Assembly: GCA_046050355.1 (NCBI GenBank)
Contig: JBJOPW010000008.1
Location: forward strand, 1 to 45,678
Source of the DNA: Candidatus Parcubacteria bacterium
Lineage (GTDB): Bacteria; Patescibacteriota; Minisyncoccia; Phycocordibacterales; UBA918
Length of the DNA: 45,678 nt
Direction of reading: 5' to 3'
This document shows, piece by piece, positions 9,844 to 19,592 of this stretch (its first letter is position 1; every line of letters begins with the position of its first letter). Both the position numbers and the translations under genes were made by a program. The notes below the pieces were generated by a model. It saw only the letters and a program-made list of their open reading frames with translations. It was not told the origin of the DNA and ran no database searches.

Positions 9844-10467
9844 CTAACCACGATTCATTAAAGCATTCCTGATTGTGTCTGGATCGGCGTATTCGAGTTC
9901 GCTGCCGGTAGAAAGGCCGCGGCCGAGTTGTGATACACGCGGTTTATTTGGCGTATCAATACTGGCAATAATTGATTCAACAAAGCGGGCGGTGTTTTCG
10001 CCATCGGGATTGACCGCAAAGGCGAGGATGATTTCGGAGAGGCCGGTATGGAGGCGGGCTTCGGCCGTTGCCTTAAGCGCACCGCCACGGAGCTTCTTTT
10101 GGTCTTCGCTATGGAGGAGGGGAACGAGACCACCAAGCACGAAGTAGAGCCCATTGTACTGGCCACTTTTTTCAATCGCGAGAATATCGCTATCGCTAGC
10201 GACCACCATCAGCTTCGTCTGGTCACGGTTGGGGTAACTACAGATCGGACAAAGTGGGGACGTGGTGGTCGTCTGACTATGGGCAAAAAACCGGTGGCAG
10301 GACGCGCACTCGACTACCGTCGCATCGATAGTAGCAATGAGATCAGCGAGGTTTTGCGCCTCGGCTTTACCCATGGTGAGGACATGAAAGGCAAAGCGCT
10401 TGGCTTGGCGGCCGCCAATCCCAGGGAACTTTTCAAAGTGAGCGATGAGTTGGTCGAGTGCAGTCAT
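9844..10467 (-). CDS. recR: Recombination mediator RecR
   Basis: FPGIG HhH, C4 zinc finger, Toprim region, GSELEYAD. Confidence 0.96.
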   Translation of the reverse strand: MTALDQLIAHFEKFPGIGGRQAKRFAFHVLTMGKAEAQNLADLIATIDATVVECASCHRFFAHSQTTTTSPLCPICSYPNRDQTKLMVVASDSDILAIEKSGQYNGLYFVLGGLVPLLHSEDQKKLRGGALKATAEARLHTGLSEIILAFAVNPDGENTARFVESIIASIDTPNKPRVSQLGRGLSTGSELEYADPDTIRNALMNRG

Positions 10468-10570
10468 GGAATATAGAAAATAAGAAGATTGAATATAGAA
10501 ATTCAAGACAAAATAATTGTATCATAAAGCCGATTCGACGTCTGAGACAAATAACGAAATAGCGAAATGC

Positions 10571-10606
10571 AGGGGTCCAACCCCGCGCTTTCGGGGTTGG
10601 ACCCCT
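10571..10606. repeat. Inverted doublet of GGGGT-CCA-ACCCC mini-palindromes (REP/REPIN-like; may terminate dnaB)
   Basis: 15-bp perfect stem, each arm itself palindromic. Confidence 0.55.
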
Positions 10607-10616
10607 AAACCTAATC

Positions 10617-12008
10617 CTAAAAATCATCACTGTTACCAGCGTATGCGCTTGTATGGTGTGTATCGAGGTTGAGGAAGCGGACATGCTTGCCGTCAAAGTA
10701 AAGCTCGGCACTACCAACTGCACCGTGGCGGTGCTTTTCGACGAGAACCTCGGCAATGTTCGGGCGTTCGGCCGGTTGATCTTTGTTCTGTTTGTCTTCG
10801 CGGTGGATGAACATCACGACGTCGGCGTCCTGCTCGATCGAACCAGAGTCACGAAGGTCAGACAGGCGCGGCTTACCGCCACGCTGCTCCACTGCGCGCG
10901 AGAGCTGGGAGAGGGCAATCACCGGTACGTTGAGCTCACGGGCGAGGATCTTGAGTGAGCGGGAGATTTCGGTCACCTGCTGCACCATTGAATCGCTCGC
11001 CTTGGTGGCCGTTGGGGACATGAGCTGGAGGTAGTCGACAATAATCATATCAAGGCCATGTTCGTTCTTTAAGCGACGAGCGGCCGATCGCATTTTCACG
11101 ATGTTAAGCGCTGGCTCGTCGACAATATACAGCGGCGCGGCATCAAGCTTGGCCATCGCGTCTTGGAGGGCCGCGTACTCACTGTCGTCCTTAAGCCGTC
11201 CATTACGAAGATTCCATGAATCAACCCCAGACTCAGAGGCGAGCATACGCTCAACGAGCTGTTGCGAACTCATTTCCAGTGAGAAGACCCCCACGTGCGC
11301 GTCGTGCAACAAGGCTGCATTACGGGCGATATCAAGCGCCATGGTGGTCTTACCCATACCTGGACGCGCCGCGAGGATAATGAGGTCGGACTTTTGGAAA
11401 CCACCAAGGAGGTTATCAAGGCCGGTAAAGCCAGAGGGAACACCACGCCGTTCATCGTGGTGGGCACTGAGGTACTCAAACTTCTCCCAAGCGTCTTTGA
11501 GGGGACGACCAATTTGCTCGAACTTTTGGGTGGTGGGGGCGTTCGTCACCTGGTAGATAGTCTTTTCGGCGCGGTCGATGGCTTCTTCGGTATTTTCGGG
11601 ATTCTGGTACGCCATCTCAGCAATCTCTTCAGACGCATGGATGAGGCCACGCAAGGTCGCTTTGGCTTGTACCAAGTCTGCATAATACTGGGCGTTGCCA
11701 GCTGCCGGCACCGTCTCGATGAGTTCAGCGATGTAGGCGGCACCACCAATGCGCTCAAGCGCATTCATCGTGGTGAGCTTGTTGGTGATGGAGACTATAT
11801 CAATCGGGTCACCCTTAAGAAAGATCTGGTAGATAGCATCATAAATGACTCGGTGTTTGTCCGCATAAAAACTCTCGGGAAAGACCGTCACCGAGATGTC
11901 GTGCATGACGTCGGGCTTTAAGAGGGTGGCGCCAAGGAGGGCGCGTTCGGCGTCGATGTTGTGTGGGGCGGTACGGAGGGTTTTATTGAGTGTTGGGGTG
12001 TCGGCCAT
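10617..12008 (-). CDS. dnaB: Replicative DNA helicase
   Basis: AARPGMGKT Walker A, IVDYLQLM, SQLSR, DLRDSGSIEQDAD; no intein. Confidence 0.98.
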   Translation of the reverse strand: MADTPTLNKTLRTAPHNIDAERALLGATLLKPDVMHDISVTVFPESFYADKHRVIYDAIYQIFLKGDPIDIVSITNKLTTMNALERIGGAAYIAELIETVPAAGNAQYYADLVQAKATLRGLIHASEEIAEMAYQNPENTEEAIDRAEKTIYQVTNAPTTQKFEQIGRPLKDAWEKFEYLSAHHDERRGVPSGFTGLDNLLGGFQKSDLIILAARPGMGKTTMALDIARNAALLHDAHVGVFSLEMSSQQLVERMLASESGVDSWNLRNGRLKDDSEYAALQDAMAKLDAAPLYIVDEPALNIVKMRSAARRLKNEHGLDMIIVDYLQLMSPTATKASDSMVQQVTEISRSLKILARELNVPVIALSQLSRAVEQRGGKPRLSDLRDSGSIEQDADVVMFIHREDKQNKDQPAERPNIAEVLVEKHRHGAVGSAELYFDGKHVRFLNLDTHHTSAYAGNSDDF

Positions 12009-12195
12009 AGGTGGAAACAGTATACTCTTAATTTAGAAAGAGGACGAGTGTTGGGGAAAGTGGGGATTCTGTGTATAGGAAACGTGAAGCAAAATTAAGG
12101 CGGAACATAGCCCTTGGCGTACTCGTCCTTGGCGGGTTAGGGTATGGAGCAAGCACATCATCCGAGGATTTTCGTTCCCCGGACTAAATGAGACG

Positions 12196-12222
12196 TAAGG
12201 CCTCGTGTGACACGAGGCCTTA
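12196..12222. terminator. Hairpin/terminator after cysS
   Basis: TAAGGCCTCGTG-TGA-CACGAGGCCTTA. Confidence 0.7.
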
Positions 12223-12227
12223 TCACA

Positions 12228-13679
12228 TTATAATTTTGATACTTTAGTGCCTTGGGACGAATCTTCAACCGCGTACCCAGCTTCATTGATGAGGATGCGG
12301 AGGCGATCGCTCTCGGACCAATCTTTGCTTGCGCGAGCGCTATCGCGTGCGGTCATGAGATCTTGTACGGTCGCGGGAATATCACTCACACTCACAACAC
12401 CAATAGAAGCGAGTCCATCTGTTTGCTTCTGCCGTAGCCCGATATCCAGTACCACATCCACGGCTTGCATGGTGGCGCATTTTTCGCCCGGAGTTAGACG
12501 GTCGTCTTTGGTGATCTCAAACAGTAGCGCAAGCGCCTGAGGCGTATCGAGGTCGTGATTGAGGTACTCGTGGAAGCGCTGTAGGTAGTCAGGGTGAGGG
12601 GTTGTCGGTTTGTTTTTATAATCCTCGTAGACGTAGCGCTTGAGACGAAAGAGAGCTTGCTTTGCGGCCTTCAGCGCCTCAAAGGTGAAATTGAGCGGTG
12701 AACGGTAGTGGGCCCCGAGGAGGAAATAGCGGTAATCATCGCCCGAGAAGCTGGCGTTTTCGAGTTGGCGCATGGTGATAGCATTGCCGAGGGACTTGCC
12801 GATTTTGCCATGGTCAATGGTAATGAACTCATTGTGCATCCAGTAACGGACGTACTGCTTGCCGGTAGCACACTCACTCTGGGCGATTTCGGCGTTGTGG
12901 TGGGTATGGATATGGTCGATACCGCCAGTATGGATATCAATCTCTTTGCCCAGAGTGGCCATGGCCATCGCCGAACACTCGATATGCCAGCCCGGGAAAC
13001 CTTTGCCCCAACGACTATCCCAACCGAGTCCACCCTTTTTCCAGACAGCAAAGTCAGCGGGGTGATGCTTCTCGCTGTTCTCTTCGACCCGGGCACCGGA
13101 TTTCAATTTGGCGATATCGATTTGACCGAGGCGGCCATAAGCGGGGAACTTGGCGATATCAAAGTACACCCCGTCACCTGTCTCGTAGGTATAACCTTTT
13201 TCTTCGAGGGTCTTTATGAGGTCGATTTGTTCGCGCAGGTAATCACTGGCGCGTGAAAAGGTGGTAGGCTCTTTGATGCGAAGTTTTTTGATGTCGGCCT
13301 TAAACGCGTCGATGTAGATATCGGTCAGTTCGCGCATGGCCTCAAGGGTGATTGGTTTGCCTTCACGCCGGAGGCCTTTCATGATTTTGTCTTCACCAGC
13401 GTCACCGTCGTCGGTGAGGTGGCCAAAGTCGGTGAGGTTGATGGTGTGGCGAACTTCGTAGCCGTTGTATTCAAGCGTCTTTTTGAGAATATCGGCAAAG
13501 ACGTACGAGCGAAGATTGCCAATGTGAGCATAATCGTAGACGGTTGGACCACAGGTGTACAACGTTACTACCGGGGCTTGGCGGGGGACAAAAAAGGCAA
13601 TTTCGCGGGTTTCGGTCGAATAGAGGCGGAGTGGTGACTGTGTGGAAATGGGGTCTGATTTTTTGAAGAGTGAACGCAT
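12228..13679 (-). CDS. cysS: Cysteine--tRNA ligase
   Basis: YTCGPTVY..HIGN, PGWHIECSAM, KIGKSLGN. Confidence 0.98.
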   Translation of the reverse strand: MRSLFKKSDPISTQSPLRLYSTETREIAFFVPRQAPVVTLYTCGPTVYDYAHIGNLRSYVFADILKKTLEYNGYEVRHTINLTDFGHLTDDGDAGEDKIMKGLRREGKPITLEAMRELTDIYIDAFKADIKKLRIKEPTTFSRASDYLREQIDLIKTLEEKGYTYETGDGVYFDIAKFPAYGRLGQIDIAKLKSGARVEENSEKHHPADFAVWKKGGLGWDSRWGKGFPGWHIECSAMAMATLGKEIDIHTGGIDHIHTHHNAEIAQSECATGKQYVRYWMHNEFITIDHGKIGKSLGNAITMRQLENASFSGDDYRYFLLGAHYRSPLNFTFEALKAAKQALFRLKRYVYEDYKNKPTTPHPDYLQRFHEYLNHDLDTPQALALLFEITKDDRLTPGEKCATMQAVDVVLDIGLRQKQTDGLASIGVVSVSDIPATVQDLMTARDSARASKDWSESDRLRILINEAGYAVEDSSQGTKVSKL

Positions 13680-13782
13680 AGTAGAGAATAGCTAGACAAC
13701 AGTAATAAGGAGTGGGAGGGTATGTTTATGAACAGCAACAACTCATTGGCGTGGATGATTTGTCGTGCGATAATAGGCGCAT

Positions 13783-15093
13783 ATGTATCACGATACCACA
13801 CGAATACCGGAAGAAAAAGTAATCACGCGACGCCAAGGCGGAAAAACCCTTCTGGCGTGTGTGCTTGCACTTTTGTTAGCCGCAGGGGCCTTTTTTTCTG
13901 GTTTGCATATCGGTGGGCAACCCGAGGGTGGGGTAACGAGTCTAGGGACACTATTGGCTGGAGAAGCACAACCAGACCCCAATGCTGACCTCCGTGAATT
14001 TTGGCGAGTTTGGGATCTCCTTGATCAGAAGTTTGCTACCGCCAGTGGTACCGACCTATTAACTCCAGAGGCAAAAGTAGCTGGCGCAATTGAGGGTTTG
14101 GTACGCGCCTATGGCGATCCATACACTACCTATTTTCCACCGCAAGAAGCCGAAGCGTTTAATGAAGACATCTCAGGAAATTTTAGTGGGGTAGGCATGG
14201 AGGTAGGGATGCGTGACAATGTGCTCACTATTATTGCGCCGCTTGCAGGTACACCAGCAGAGAAGGCCGGCCTCCTGGCGGGGGATGCACTTGTGTCTAT
14301 CAACGGATCTTCGACTGATGGCATGGGGGTGGACGAAGCGGTGCGACTTATTCGTGGCGAAGAGGGAACTGTGGTGACATTGGCTATCTACCGTCCCGGT
14401 ATGACTGAACCAAAAGAGTATCAAGTCACTCGTGCTCAGATAGAGATTCCAACCGTGAAGACGGAGAAGCGCGGTGATATATTCATTATTACTCTTTACA
14501 GCTTTAATGCGCTGGCTGAAATGAAGATGCAACAAGCACTACGAGATTACACCAAGAGTGGCGCCACCAAGCTCGTGCTTGATCTCCGCGGTAACCCGGG
14601 AGGCTATTTAGAAGGGGCTGTAGACATTGCAAGTTACTTTATGCCGGCCGGCAAAGTAGTCTTACGCGAGAGTTTTGGTGATGAACGAGAAGAAGAGGTA
14701 TACCGTAGTCGGGGAGCAACCTTAAAGCAATTTGCACCCAAAGAGATGGTGGTATTGATCGATGGTGGTTCAGCTTCTGCGTCTGAAATTCTCGCTGGCG
14801 CGCTTCAAGAGCAAGGGTATGCCACGCTCATTGGTACGCCGTCATTTGGTAAAGGTTCCGTACAGGAACTGGTAAACCTCCCAAGTGGTTCGTCTCTGAA
14901 AGTCACCATTGCCCGTTGGCTCACCCCAAATGGTCGTTCGATTTCAAATGGTGGATTGACCCCTGATATTGTGGTCGAGCGCACCATCGAAGACCGCGAA
15001 GCGAGCCGTGATCCACAGCTTGATGCTGCGATTAAGGTTCTCCACGGTACTTACATCGCTCCAGTAGCATCCTCAACCCCAAAGAGTGAATAA
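13783..15093 (+). CDS. ctpA: C-terminal processing protease (S41, PDZ)
   Basis: DPYT, PDZ, LDLRGNPGG, SASASEI, GKGSVQ. Confidence 0.95.
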   Translation: MYHDTTRIPEEKVITRRQGGKTLLACVLALLLAAGAFFSGLHIGGQPEGGVTSLGTLLAGEAQPDPNADLREFWRVWDLLDQKFATASGTDLLTPEAKVAGAIEGLVRAYGDPYTTYFPPQEAEAFNEDISGNFSGVGMEVGMRDNVLTIIAPLAGTPAEKAGLLAGDALVSINGSSTDGMGVDEAVRLIRGEEGTVVTLAIYRPGMTEPKEYQVTRAQIEIPTVKTEKRGDIFIITLYSFNALAEMKMQQALRDYTKSGATKLVLDLRGNPGGYLEGAVDIASYFMPAGKVVLRESFGDEREEEVYRSRGATLKQFAPKEMVVLIDGGSASASEILAGALQEQGYATLIGTPSFGKGSVQELVNLPSGSSLKVTIARWLTPNGRSISNGGLTPDIVVERTIEDREASRDPQLDAAIKVLHGTYIAPVASSTPKSE

Positions 15094-15169
15094 TCTCCCT
15101 GTTGGTTGCCGAGACTGACGCTTTTCGGTATGATGGCAACACTTTATAAGATATAAGCAATACTCTCTC

Positions 15170-15610
15170 ATGAAAGTAATTTTACTGCGTGATGTGGCCC
15201 GTCTCGGCAAACGCTTCAGTGTCGTAGAAGTCCCCGACGGTTTTGCCCTCAACAAACTCATTCCGCAAGGTCAGGCCCAGCCGGCTACCCCCGAAAATCT
15301 GAAGCGAGTACAAGCGCGTAACAAAGAAGTCGCTGCCCACCAGGCGGCTGACGAAGCGGGTCTTAAGACGGCTCTCAAGGCTCTCGCCGAATCTCCGCTT
15401 TCGATTAAAGTCGAAGCCAATGCCCAGGGGCATCTTTTCCAGGCGGTCAAAACCGCTGACATTGCTCTAGCTGCTGCGGCCGCCGGGCACCCTATTGAAG
15501 TCGCTGTCCTTCATATTGAGACGCCGATTAAATCCCTTGGTGAGCATGCAGTTGGGGTGAACGGGGGCGGGGTCAGTGGCACAATTACAATTAATGTGGT
15601 GACAAAATAA
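15170..15610 (+). CDS. rplI: 50S ribosomal protein L9
   Basis: MKVILLRDV..LG..VEV.DGFALN.LIP, PIKSLGEH. Confidence 0.95.
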   Translation: MKVILLRDVARLGKRFSVVEVPDGFALNKLIPQGQAQPATPENLKRVQARNKEVAAHQAADEAGLKTALKALAESPLSIKVEANAQGHLFQAVKTADIALAAAAAGHPIEVAVLHIETPIKSLGEHAVGVNGGGVSGTITINVVTK

Positions 15611-15613
15611 CGT

Positions 15614-16312
15614 ATGGCAAAATATCTGCAGGTAGTATCAATTATCGGTGTCTCATTACTCCTCATCTTTGGTCTCGCCTACTGGGCGTCAGTAGACCAG
15701 GCGCCAGAGCTTGAGCTCGTGACCGAGCCAGATACACCGCCAATTACCGCACCCTTGGCCCCCGAAGAACAAGCCGTTACTAATCCAGATAACATCAATA
15801 CTATGAATCCAGTAGCCGTATTAGAAACCAATAAAGGGACGATCGAAATTGAACTTTACAAAGACACGATGCCAATTACCGCTGGCAACTTTGAGAAGCT
15901 TGTGAAGGAAGGGTACTACGACGGCATCAAGTTCCACCGTGTGATTGACGGCTTTATGATCCAGGGAGGAGACCCACTCACGAAGGATGACAGTCAGGTA
16001 GCGCGTTGGGGTACTGGTGGTCCAGGCTACGCGATACCAGACGAACACATTGCCGGTCCACTGCTGACGAACGTTCGCGGTACCATCTCAATGGCGAACG
16101 CCGGTCCAAACTCAGGTGGCAGTCAGTTCTTTATCAACCTTGTTGATAACACTGGTCTCGATTTTGATAAGCCACCACATTCTTCGAAGCACCCTGTCTT
16201 TGGTCGGGTAGTGGCCGGTATGGAGGTAGTAGATGCGATTGGAAAGGTAGAGGTAGGGGCAGGGGACCGACCAACTGAAGCTGTGATCATCACAAAGGCC
16301 ACCATCCGCTAA
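15614..16312 (+). CDS. Cyclophilin-type peptidyl-prolyl isomerase with N-terminal anchor
   Basis: FHRVIDGFMIQGGDP, SMANAGPNSGGSQFFI, HPVFGRV. Confidence 0.95.
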   Translation: MAKYLQVVSIIGVSLLLIFGLAYWASVDQAPELELVTEPDTPPITAPLAPEEQAVTNPDNINTMNPVAVLETNKGTIEIELYKDTMPITAGNFEKLVKEGYYDGIKFHRVIDGFMIQGGDPLTKDDSQVARWGTGGPGYAIPDEHIAGPLLTNVRGTISMANAGPNSGGSQFFINLVDNTGLDFDKPPHSSKHPVFGRVVAGMEVVDAIGKVEVGAGDRPTEAVIITKATIR

Positions 16313-16422
16313 GGCTTCCAAAACCTACCAGCTACTTTGTTGTCATCGTCGCTCAAGTAGTTAATGTATCTCGGAGAAAGCCAGGATTCGTTACGTATAA
16401 AAATACTTAGTACTATATATAA

Positions 16423-16553
16423 AGAGAGTGTGAGGTAGCTGCGAGGCGTGGACAAAGGCATTAGGAATAGCCTTTGCTCACGGAAATTCGCCATAGTCGG
16501 CTTGTAGCCTCGTTGTCTCATTTCAAAACCGGCGCCCATGGGCGCCGGTTTTG
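16423..16553 (+). ncRNA. Candidate small structured RNA, family unknown
   Basis: TACTAT at 16411; nested stems TGAGGTAGC/GTTGTCTCA and CGTG..CAAAGGC/GCCTTTG..CACG; ends in 30-bp palindrome with T-run. Confidence 0.4.
16524..16553. terminator. Bidirectional terminator (perfect 30-bp palindrome)
   Basis: CAAAACCGGCGCCCA|TGGGCGCCGGTTTTG. Confidence 0.8.
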
Positions 16554-16568
16554 TGTGTGGAGAGTGAA

Positions 16569-16847
16569 TTATGCAGCGACTACATCAACCGCCTTCTTCT
16601 GGACGAGCTGTCCATCAAAACGAGTCTTGCGCATGTTGCGGAAAGACACAACACCATCAATCATCGCGAAGATAGTGTGGTCTTTGCCCATCTTTACATT
16701 CTTGCCCGCTTCGATTTTACTACCACGCTGACGAAGAATAATCTGACCAATCTTAACGATTTGTCCGTCTGCTCGCTTGACCCCCAGATATTTTGGCTGA
16801 GAGTCCTTCAGGTTTTTGGCCGAACCGGCCGATTTCTTTGTTGCCAT
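16569..16847 (-). CDS. rpmA: 50S ribosomal protein L27
   Basis: [24 protein letters not shown]. Confidence 0.97.
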   Translation of the reverse strand: MATKKSAGSAKNLKDSQPKYLGVKRADGQIVKIGQIILRQRGSKIEAGKNVKMGKDHTIFAMIDGVVSFRNMRKTRFDGQLVQKKAVDVVAA

Positions 16848-16898
16848 AGGTTATACTAAATATGCTGCAAAATTCGTAACCCGTGGAGTATACGACAT

Positions 16899-17279
16899 AT
16901 GTTAGAAAAACTCAAGCGTTTCCTCGCTGATGACACTATATTTACAGGCACGCTTTTGTGTGTCATAGCGGTGACGGCTTTCTTTTTGGGCCGTTTTTCG
17001 TTACCAGCGCCTGCTCCGGCCGGGCCGGTGGTGGCACAGGTAATCAGTGCCCCTGTACCCCTGATGGCGACTACCAGTTCAAGCACCGTTGAGGTGCTGG
17101 AGGTCGTCCTGACCGAAGCCAACGCGAAGTATGTGGGTTCAAAGTCAGGGACCAAGTATCACCTTATGACCTGCTCGAGTGGTCAGCGTATCAAGCCAGA
17201 GAATAGGGTGTTTTTTGCTACGAAGGAAGCGGCGGAAGCGGCGGGGTATGCACCAGCATCAAATTGTCCAGGCCTGTAG
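16899..17279 (+). CDS. Membrane-anchored protein with Ada-like metal-binding domain
   Basis: YVGSKSGTKYH..C..I..ENRVFF...A.AAGY.P...C. Confidence 0.75.
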   Translation: MLEKLKRFLADDTIFTGTLLCVIAVTAFFLGRFSLPAPAPAGPVVAQVISAPVPLMATTSSSTVEVLEVVLTEANAKYVGSKSGTKYHLMTCSSGQRIKPENRVFFATKEAAEAAGYAPASNCPGL

Positions 17280-17495
17280 AGTGCGGACAAAATACCCTTA
17301 TGCTTTGTTGTGCTTCGCTCGAAAACACTCAACGTACAAAAAGTACGTCTCGTATTTTCTCGCTCGCTCCTTACAGGAGCAGTACACCTTGTCGCTACTT
17401 TCTCGTTAACACTCAAAAGATAGCAGGCAAGGTCTTGCGATATGGGTCCAATCCCATTTCTCTCGCCTCGCTTAAGTGCATTTTGACCACACTCT
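17278..17495. mobile_element. Putative MITE (218 bp) with imperfect terminal inverted repeats
   Basis: Left AGAGTGCGGACAAAATAC vs reverse complement of right end AGAGTGTGGTCAAAATGC (15/18); internal hairpin ACGTAC-AAAAA-GTACGT. Confidence 0.6.
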
Positions 17496-17589
17496 TTGTA
17501 TTAATAAATACTTACTCAAGATTATTCTGCCCACACCATTGCTAGTTTGCGACACTTTATTTGAGATCGGTCTAGTATAATACTCCTAC

Positions 17590-18402
17590 ATGTACTTTTT
17601 ACGGTTACTTGGTCGGGCGTTAGTCTTATGGTTTAGACAAGGCGCTGATGAATCAGCGGCGGCCCTCGCATATTTCATGCCGTTTGCGCTCACGCCACTC
17701 ATTATTCTTTCGATTTCGATTGTTGGGCTCATGTATGGTGCAGAGCGTATCACTAACATGCTGATTCGGTGGGGGAACGCCATCGATCCGGGCGTCACCG
17801 ATCTGGTCTATAATGCGGTTACAAATTTTGATAGTGTTGCCACCCATTATTACTGGCCTGTCGTCGGTCTCGTGTTCTTGTCTATAATGATTTTTATCAC
17901 TCTTAATAGTCTCATTACTGGTTTTCACAAACTGTGGGGTATCGAGATATATGGATGGCGCAGTTACTTTTCGCGAATTTGGCGAATGACACTCTTTATC
18001 GGAGTGATGCAGTGTTACCTCGTAACTATTATGATATTCGAAGATACGTTTACGTTCGCAGATTCGCTCATTGGTTCAAGTCTCTGGTCTCTTTTAAGCT
18101 TTTTTGCTACGTTCCTATTGACCATGTTACTGCTGACGATTGCATATGGTCTGTTAGCACACCGAGCACCATCATTTTCTGGGCGTTTTCTCGGAGCTGC
18201 TGTCGCTGGACTGTTTCTCTTATTTAGTCGCGAACTGGTTGCGTTTCATTTTGCTACGGCACCCGTGCAAACGCTTTTTGGAGCGGCCGGACTCCTTATT
18301 ACACTCCTGGTGTGGGTATATGTGGCAGCGAGTATCATTCTCTATGGCGCTGCCTTTGCGCGTGTGTATGATGAAGCGCGGGGTAAGTGGTTTACCACCT
18401 GA
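17590..18402 (+). CDS. YihY/BrkB family membrane protein
   Basis: AAALAYF..F.L.P, FGAAG...LLVWVY....ILYGA. Confidence 0.88.
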   Translation: MYFLRLLGRALVLWFRQGADESAAALAYFMPFALTPLIILSISIVGLMYGAERITNMLIRWGNAIDPGVTDLVYNAVTNFDSVATHYYWPVVGLVFLSIMIFITLNSLITGFHKLWGIEIYGWRSYFSRIWRMTLFIGVMQCYLVTIMIFEDTFTFADSLIGSSLWSLLSFFATFLLTMLLLTIAYGLLAHRAPSFSGRFLGAAVAGLFLLFSRELVAFHFATAPVQTLFGAAGLLITLLVWVYVAASIILYGAAFARVYDEARGKWFTT

Positions 18403-19051
18403 TCGGTGTGCGACCCATCTCTTCCAAATAGGTATTAGTTTTTGAAAAATGTTTACACCCGAAGAAACCGCGGTGTGCCGAGAGGGGAGAGGGATGTGGG
18501 GCAGTGAGTACGTGGTGTTTTGATTCATCAATCAGGCGGCGCTTCGCGATGGCAAAGGCTCCCCAAAGGAGGAAGACTACCCCGGTGCGTTCACGCGAGA
18601 CGGTGGCAATGACCTCGTCAGTGAAGGTCTCCCAGCCAAAAGTCTGGTGGGCTCCTGCCTCTCCCGCGCGAACAGTGAGGGTGCTGTTAAGGAGCAGGAC
18701 TCCCTGTGTGGCCCAATCAGAGAGGTCGCCAGTCGAGCGCTCAACACCGAGATCAGATTTGAGTTCCTTGTAGATATTTATAAGCGATGGGGGCAAGGTA
18801 ATACCAGTTTCCACCGAGAAGGCGAGTCCATGCGCCTGGTGTGGTCCGTGGTAGGGGTCTTGGCCGAGAATCACCACTTTAACTTGTGGTAAGGGGGTAA
18901 GGTCAAAGGCCCGAAAGACGTTTTTTGGGTGAGGGTAGATGGTTTCAGTCTCATACGCAAAGCGCACCGATTCAGTCAGTCGTTTGAAATATGGCTTTTC
19001 AAATTCACCGGTGAGTGCCGCTCGCCACGAATCTTCGATACGTACGACCAT
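18392..19051 (-). CDS. ung: Uracil-DNA glycosylase family 1
   Basis: GQDPYH, PPSL, GVLLLN, HPSPLS. Confidence 0.97.
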   Translation of the reverse strand: MVVRIEDSWRAALTGEFEKPYFKRLTESVRFAYETETIYPHPKNVFRAFDLTPLPQVKVVILGQDPYHGPHQAHGLAFSVETGITLPPSLINIYKELKSDLGVERSTGDLSDWATQGVLLLNSTLTVRAGEAGAHQTFGWETFTDEVIATVSRERTGVVFLLWGAFAIAKRRLIDESKHHVLTAPHPSPLSAHRGFFGCKHFSKTNTYLEEMGRTPIRW

Positions 19052-19113
19052 ATACAAATAGTATACGCCTCAAAATCACAACCGCCACCAGAGCAGCGAT
19101 TGCTTGGTGGCGT

Positions 19114-19521
19114 TTAGGGGTGGATGGAGTAGAGATAGTGCTTTGCCCACCGTTCTGCACTGAGATGGAGTGCTTCATTGATGGTGCTCCAGTGGTACTC
19201 TGCCGTTGGTGATTCCAGTCGTATGACACTACGGCCATCGTACATCCCGGTGAACATGTAATACTCGACGAAGGGATGAGGAGGTTTGGGAACGGCCTGC
19301 TTACGATAGCGTACCAGCTTTAGGTCGGCAGTTAGTCCAGTTGCCACTTTGAGCTCACGAGTAGCGGCTTGTCTGATGGTTTCGTGTGGCTGCACTGTAC
19401 CGCTTGGCATCTCCCAGCTGAAGCCACGGTGGCGTTCGGTGTCGATGAGCAAGATCTTTTGGTTTTCGGGATGGTGGAGAGCAATCCATACCATCCGTCG
19501 TTCGATGCGACAAGTTGGCAT
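19114..19521 (-). CDS. Nudix-fold protein with degenerate Nudix box
   Basis: WEMPSG-x5-E-x7-RELKVATGL; AAAGGAG SD. Confidence 0.75.
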   Translation of the reverse strand: MPTCRIERRMVWIALHHPENQKILLIDTERHRGFSWEMPSGTVQPHETIRQAATRELKVATGLTADLKLVRYRKQAVPKPPHPFVEYYMFTGMYDGRSVIRLESPTAEYHWSTINEALHLSAERWAKHYLYSIHP

Positions 19522-19592
19522 AGTTCGGTCTCCTTTCTATGTATACTGTAGCACAAGAGTGATGGTATAGAATAGTATGGCATAATACTCTT

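Noticed and set aside
12048-12080. DnaA boxes/oriC near dnaB, and TGTTGATAA at 26906
   Set aside because: Only isolated or degenerate matches, and gene orientation indicates terminus rather than origin
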